Shown: in pieces, positions 60,101 to 64,000 of the stretch
Layout: each line of letters starts with the position of its first letter
How positions within the stretch are numbered: the stretch's first letter is position 1
Source of the DNA: Nemertoderma westbladi
Taxonomy: Eukaryota; Animalia; Xenacoelomorpha
Reading direction: 5' to 3'
NCBI GenBank assembly: GCA_032718475.1
Contig: JAUCBJ010006872.1
Coordinates: forward strand, 25,495-89,494
Length of the DNA: 64,000 nt
Translations under genes and position numbers: made by a program
The notes under the pieces: model-generated
The model's database searches: none
What the model was told of the DNA's origin: nothing
Seen by the model: only the letters and a program-made list of their open reading frames with translations

Positions 60101-63100
60101 TAGTAGATAACAGAAGATATTAACTCGATCTAAAGGAGAATAACAGAGGTCGATTCCTTAGGGTTAGTAGATAACAGAAGATATTAACTCGATCTAAAGG
60201 AGAATAACAGAGGTCGATTCCTTAGGGTTAGTAGATAACAGAAGATATTAACTCGATCTAAAGGAGAATAACAGAGGTCGATTCCTTAGGGTTAGTAGAT
60301 AACAGAAGATATTAACTCGATCTAAAGGAGAATAACAGAGGTCGATTCCTTAGGGTTAGTAGATAACAGAAGATATTAACTCGATCTAAAGGAGAATAAC
60401 AGAGGTCGATTCCTTAGGGTTAGTAGATAACAGAAGATATTAACTCGATCTAAAGGAGAATAACAGAGGTCGATTCCTTAGGGTTAGTAGATAACAGAAG
60501 ATATTAACTCGATCTAAAGGAGAATAACAGAGGTCGATTCCTTAGGGTTAGTAGATAACAGAAGATATTAACTCGATCTAAAGGAGAATAACAGAGGTCG
60601 ATTCCTTAGGGTTAGTAGATAACAGAAGATATTAACTCGATCTAAAGGAGAATAACAGAGGTCGATTCCTTAGGGTTAGTAGATAACAGAAGATATTAAC
60701 TCGATCTAAAGGAGAATAACAGAGGTCGATTCCTTAGGGTTAGTAGATAACAGAAGATATTAACTCGATCTAAAGGAGAATAACAGAGGTCGATTCCTTA
60801 GGGTTAGTAGATAACAGAAGATATTAACTCGATCTAAAGGAGAATAACAGAGGTCGATTCCTTAGGGTTAGTAGATAACAGAAGATATTAACTCGATCTA
60901 AAGGAGAATAACAGAGGTCGATTCCTTAGGGTTAGTAGATAACAGAAGATATTAACTCGATCTAAAGGAGAATAACAGAGGTCGATTCCTTAGGGTTAGT
61001 AGATAACAGAAGATATTAACTCGATCTAAAGGAGAATAACAGAGGTCGATTCCTTAGGGTTAGTAGATAACAGAAGATATTAACTCGATCTAAAGGAGAA
61101 TAACAGAGGTCGATTCCTTAGGGTTAGTAGATAACAGAAGATATTAACTCGATCTAAAGGAGAATAACAGAGGTCGATTCCTTAGGGTTAGTAGATAACA
61201 GAAGATATTAACTCGATCTAAAGGAGAATAACAGAGGTCGATTCCTTAGGGTTAGTAGATAACAGAAGATATTAACTCGATCTAAAGGAGAATAACAGAG
61301 GTCGATTCCTTAGGGTTAGTAGATAACAGAAGATATTAACTCGATCTAAAGGAGAATAACAGAGGTCGATTCCTTAGGGTTAGTAGATAACAGAAGATAT
61401 TAACTCGATCTAAAGGAGAATAACAGAGGTCGATTCCTTAGGGTTAGTAGATAACAGAAGATATTAACTCGATCTAAAGGAGAATAACAGAGGTCGATTC
61501 CTTAGGGTTAGTAGATAACAGAAGATATTAACTCGATCTAAAGGAGAATAACAGAGGTCGATTCCTTAGGGTTAGTAGATAACAGAAGATATTAACTCGA
61601 TCTAAAGGAGAATAACAGAGGTCGATTCCTTAGGGTTAGTAGATAACAGAAGATATTAACTCGATCTAAAGGAGAATAACAGAGGTCGATTCCTTAGGGT
61701 TAGTAGATAACAGAAGATATTAACTCGATCTAAAGGAGAATAACAGAGGTCGATTCCTTAGGGTTAGTAGATAACAGAAGATATTAACTCGATCTAAAGG
61801 AGAATAACAGAGGTCGATTCCTTAGGGTTAGTAGATAACAGAAGATATTAACTCGATCTAAAGGAGAATAACAGAGGTCGATTCCTTAGGGTTAGTAGAT
61901 AACAGAAGATATTAACTCGATCTAAAGGAGAATAACAGAGGTCGATTCCTTAGGGTTAGTAGATAACAGAAGATATTAACTCGATCTAAAGGAGAATAAC
62001 AGAGGTCGATTCCTTAGGGTTAGTAGATAACAGAAGATATTAACTCGATCTAAAGGAGAATAACAGAGGTCGATTCCTTAGGGTTAGTAGATAACAGAAG
62101 ATATTAACTCGATCTAAAGGAGAATAACAGAGGTCGATTCCTTAGGGTTAGTAGATAACAGAAGATATTAACTCGATCTAAAGGAGAATAACAGAGGTCG
62201 ATTCCTTAGGGTTAGTAGATAACAGAAGATATTAACTCGATCTAAAGGAGAATAACAGAGGTCGATTCCTTAGGGTTAGTAGATAACAGAAGATATTAAC
62301 TCGATCTAAAGGAGAATAACAGAGGTCGATTCCTTAGGGTTAGTAGATAACAGAAGATATTAACTCGATCTAAAGGAGAATAACAGAGGTCGATTCCTTA
62401 GGGTTAGTAGATAACAGAAGATATTAACTCGATCTAAAGGAGAATAACAGAGGTCGATTCCTTAGGGTTAGTAGATAACAGAAGATATTAACTCGATCTA
62501 AAGGAGAATAACAGAGGTCGATTCCTTAGGGTTAGTAGATAACAGAAGATATTAACTCGATCTAAAGGAGAATAACAGAGGTCGATTCCTTAGGGTTAGT
62601 AGATAACAGAAGATATTAACTCGATCTAAAGGAGAATAACAGAGGTCGATTCCTTAGGGTTAGTAGATAACAGAAGATATTAACTCGATCTAAAGGAGAA
62701 TAACAGAGGTCGATTCCTTAGGGTTAGTAGATAACAGAAGATATTAACTCGATCTAAAGGAGAATAACAGAGGTCGATTCCTTAGGGTTAGTAGATAACA
62801 GAAGATATTAACTCGATCTAAAGGAGAATAACAGAGGTCGATTCCTTAGGGTTAGTAGATAACAGAAGATATTAACTCGATCTAAAGGAGAATAACAGAG
62901 GTCGATTCCTTAGGGTTAGTAGATAACAGAAGATATTAACTCGATCTAAAGGAGAATAACAGAGGTCGATTCCTTAGGGTTAGTAGATAACAGAAGATAT
63001 TAACTCGATCTAAAGGAGAATAACAGAGGTCGATTCCTTAGGGTTAGTAGATAACAGAAGATATTAACTCGATCTAAAGGAGAATAACAGAGGTCGATTC

Positions 63101-64000
63101 CTTAGGGTTAGTAGATAACAGAAGATATTAACTCGATCTAAAGGAGAATAACAGAGGTCGATTCCTTAGGGTTAGTAGATAACAGAAGATATTAACTCGA
63201 TCTAAAGGAGAATAACAGAGGTCGATTCCTTAGGGTTAGTAGATAACAGAAGATATTAACTCGATCTAAAGGAGAATAACAGAGGTCGATTCCTTAGGGT
63301 TAGTAGATAACAGAAGATATTAACTCGATCTAAAGGAGAATAACAGAGGTCGATTCCTTAGGGTTAGTAGATAACAGAAGATATTAACTCGATCTAAAGG
63401 AGAATAACAGAGGTCGATTCCTTAGGGTTAGTAGATAACAGAAGATATTAACTCGATCTAAAGGAGAATAACAGAGGTCGATTCCTTAGGGTTAGTAGAT
63501 AACAGAAGATATTAACTCGATCTAAAGGAGAATAACAGAGGTCGATTCCTTAGGGGTAGTAGATAACAGAAGATATTAACTCGATCTAAAGGAGAATAAC
63601 CAGAGGTCGATTCCATTTAGGGTTAGTAGATAACAGAAGATATTAACTCGATCTAAAGGAGAATAACAGAGGTCGATTCCTTAGGGGTTAGTAGATAACA
63701 GAAGATATTAACTCGATCTAAAGGAGAATAACAGAGGTCGATTCCTTAGGGTTAGTAGATAACAGAAGATATTAACTCGATCTAAAGGAGGAATAACAGA
63801 GGTCGCTTCCTTAGGGTTAGTAGATAACAGAAGATATTACCTCGATTCTAAAGGAGAATAACAGAGGGTCGCTAGTACTTCGGTTAGTAGATAACAGAAG
63901 ATATTAACTCGATCTAAAGGAGAATAACAGAGTTCGATTCCTTAGGGTTAGGTAGATAACAGAAGATTCTATTAGGGACTCGTTCTAAAGGAGAATAACA
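51102..64000 (+). repeat. 64-bp satellite, about 200 copies, derived from the Pur-alpha exon 4/intron junction
   Basis: Unit GATAACAGAAGATATTAACTCGATCTAAAGGAGAATAACAGAGGTCGATTCCTTAGG+GTTAGTA; runs off the window end. Confidence 0.98.

Noticed and set aside
51102-64000. Telomere or CRISPR array
   Set aside because: TTAGGG occurs once per 64 bp and derives from the exon/donor junction; there are no unique spacers.
51167-64000. Tandem mutually exclusive coding exons
   Set aside because: Copies carry an in-frame TAA, lack polypyrimidine tracts and are separated by only 7 nt.
63540-64000. Unit with restored TAC codon (~63838) and other terminal variants as a real array boundary or second exon
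   Set aside because: Surrounded by scattered indels typical of low-coverage read errors near a contig end; cannot be trusted without reads.

Overview
AT-rich metazoan (invertebrate-like) nuclear DNA with spliceosomal introns, densely filled with repeats. Two host genes can be reconstructed on the + strand. The first is the 3' six coding exons of a divergent anion-type Cys-loop ligand-gated ion channel subunit (2804-35349), with consistent intron phases. The second is the first four coding exons of a Pur-alpha orthologue (48156-51159). Introns and intergenic DNA hold an intact young Bel/Pao LTR retrotransposon (8796-20271), a related solo LTR, and a 5'-truncated RTE-like LINE with many relics. 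They also hold an ORF1+APE LINE fragment, a decayed Academ-like transposon, MITEs, SINEs, an ALDH3 pseudogene fragment and several satellites. Three observations stand out. (1) The Bel/Pao element has no tRNA-type PBS; the sequence abutting its 5' LTR is instead complementary to a motif inside the LTR, a possible self-priming design, and that motif is also present in the second LTR family. (2) A >12.8 kb satellite is built from the 3' end of Pur-alpha exon 4 plus its splice donor. (3) A 315-bp tandem array carries two co-oriented CTCF-like motifs per unit. All calls were made by eye without database searches.
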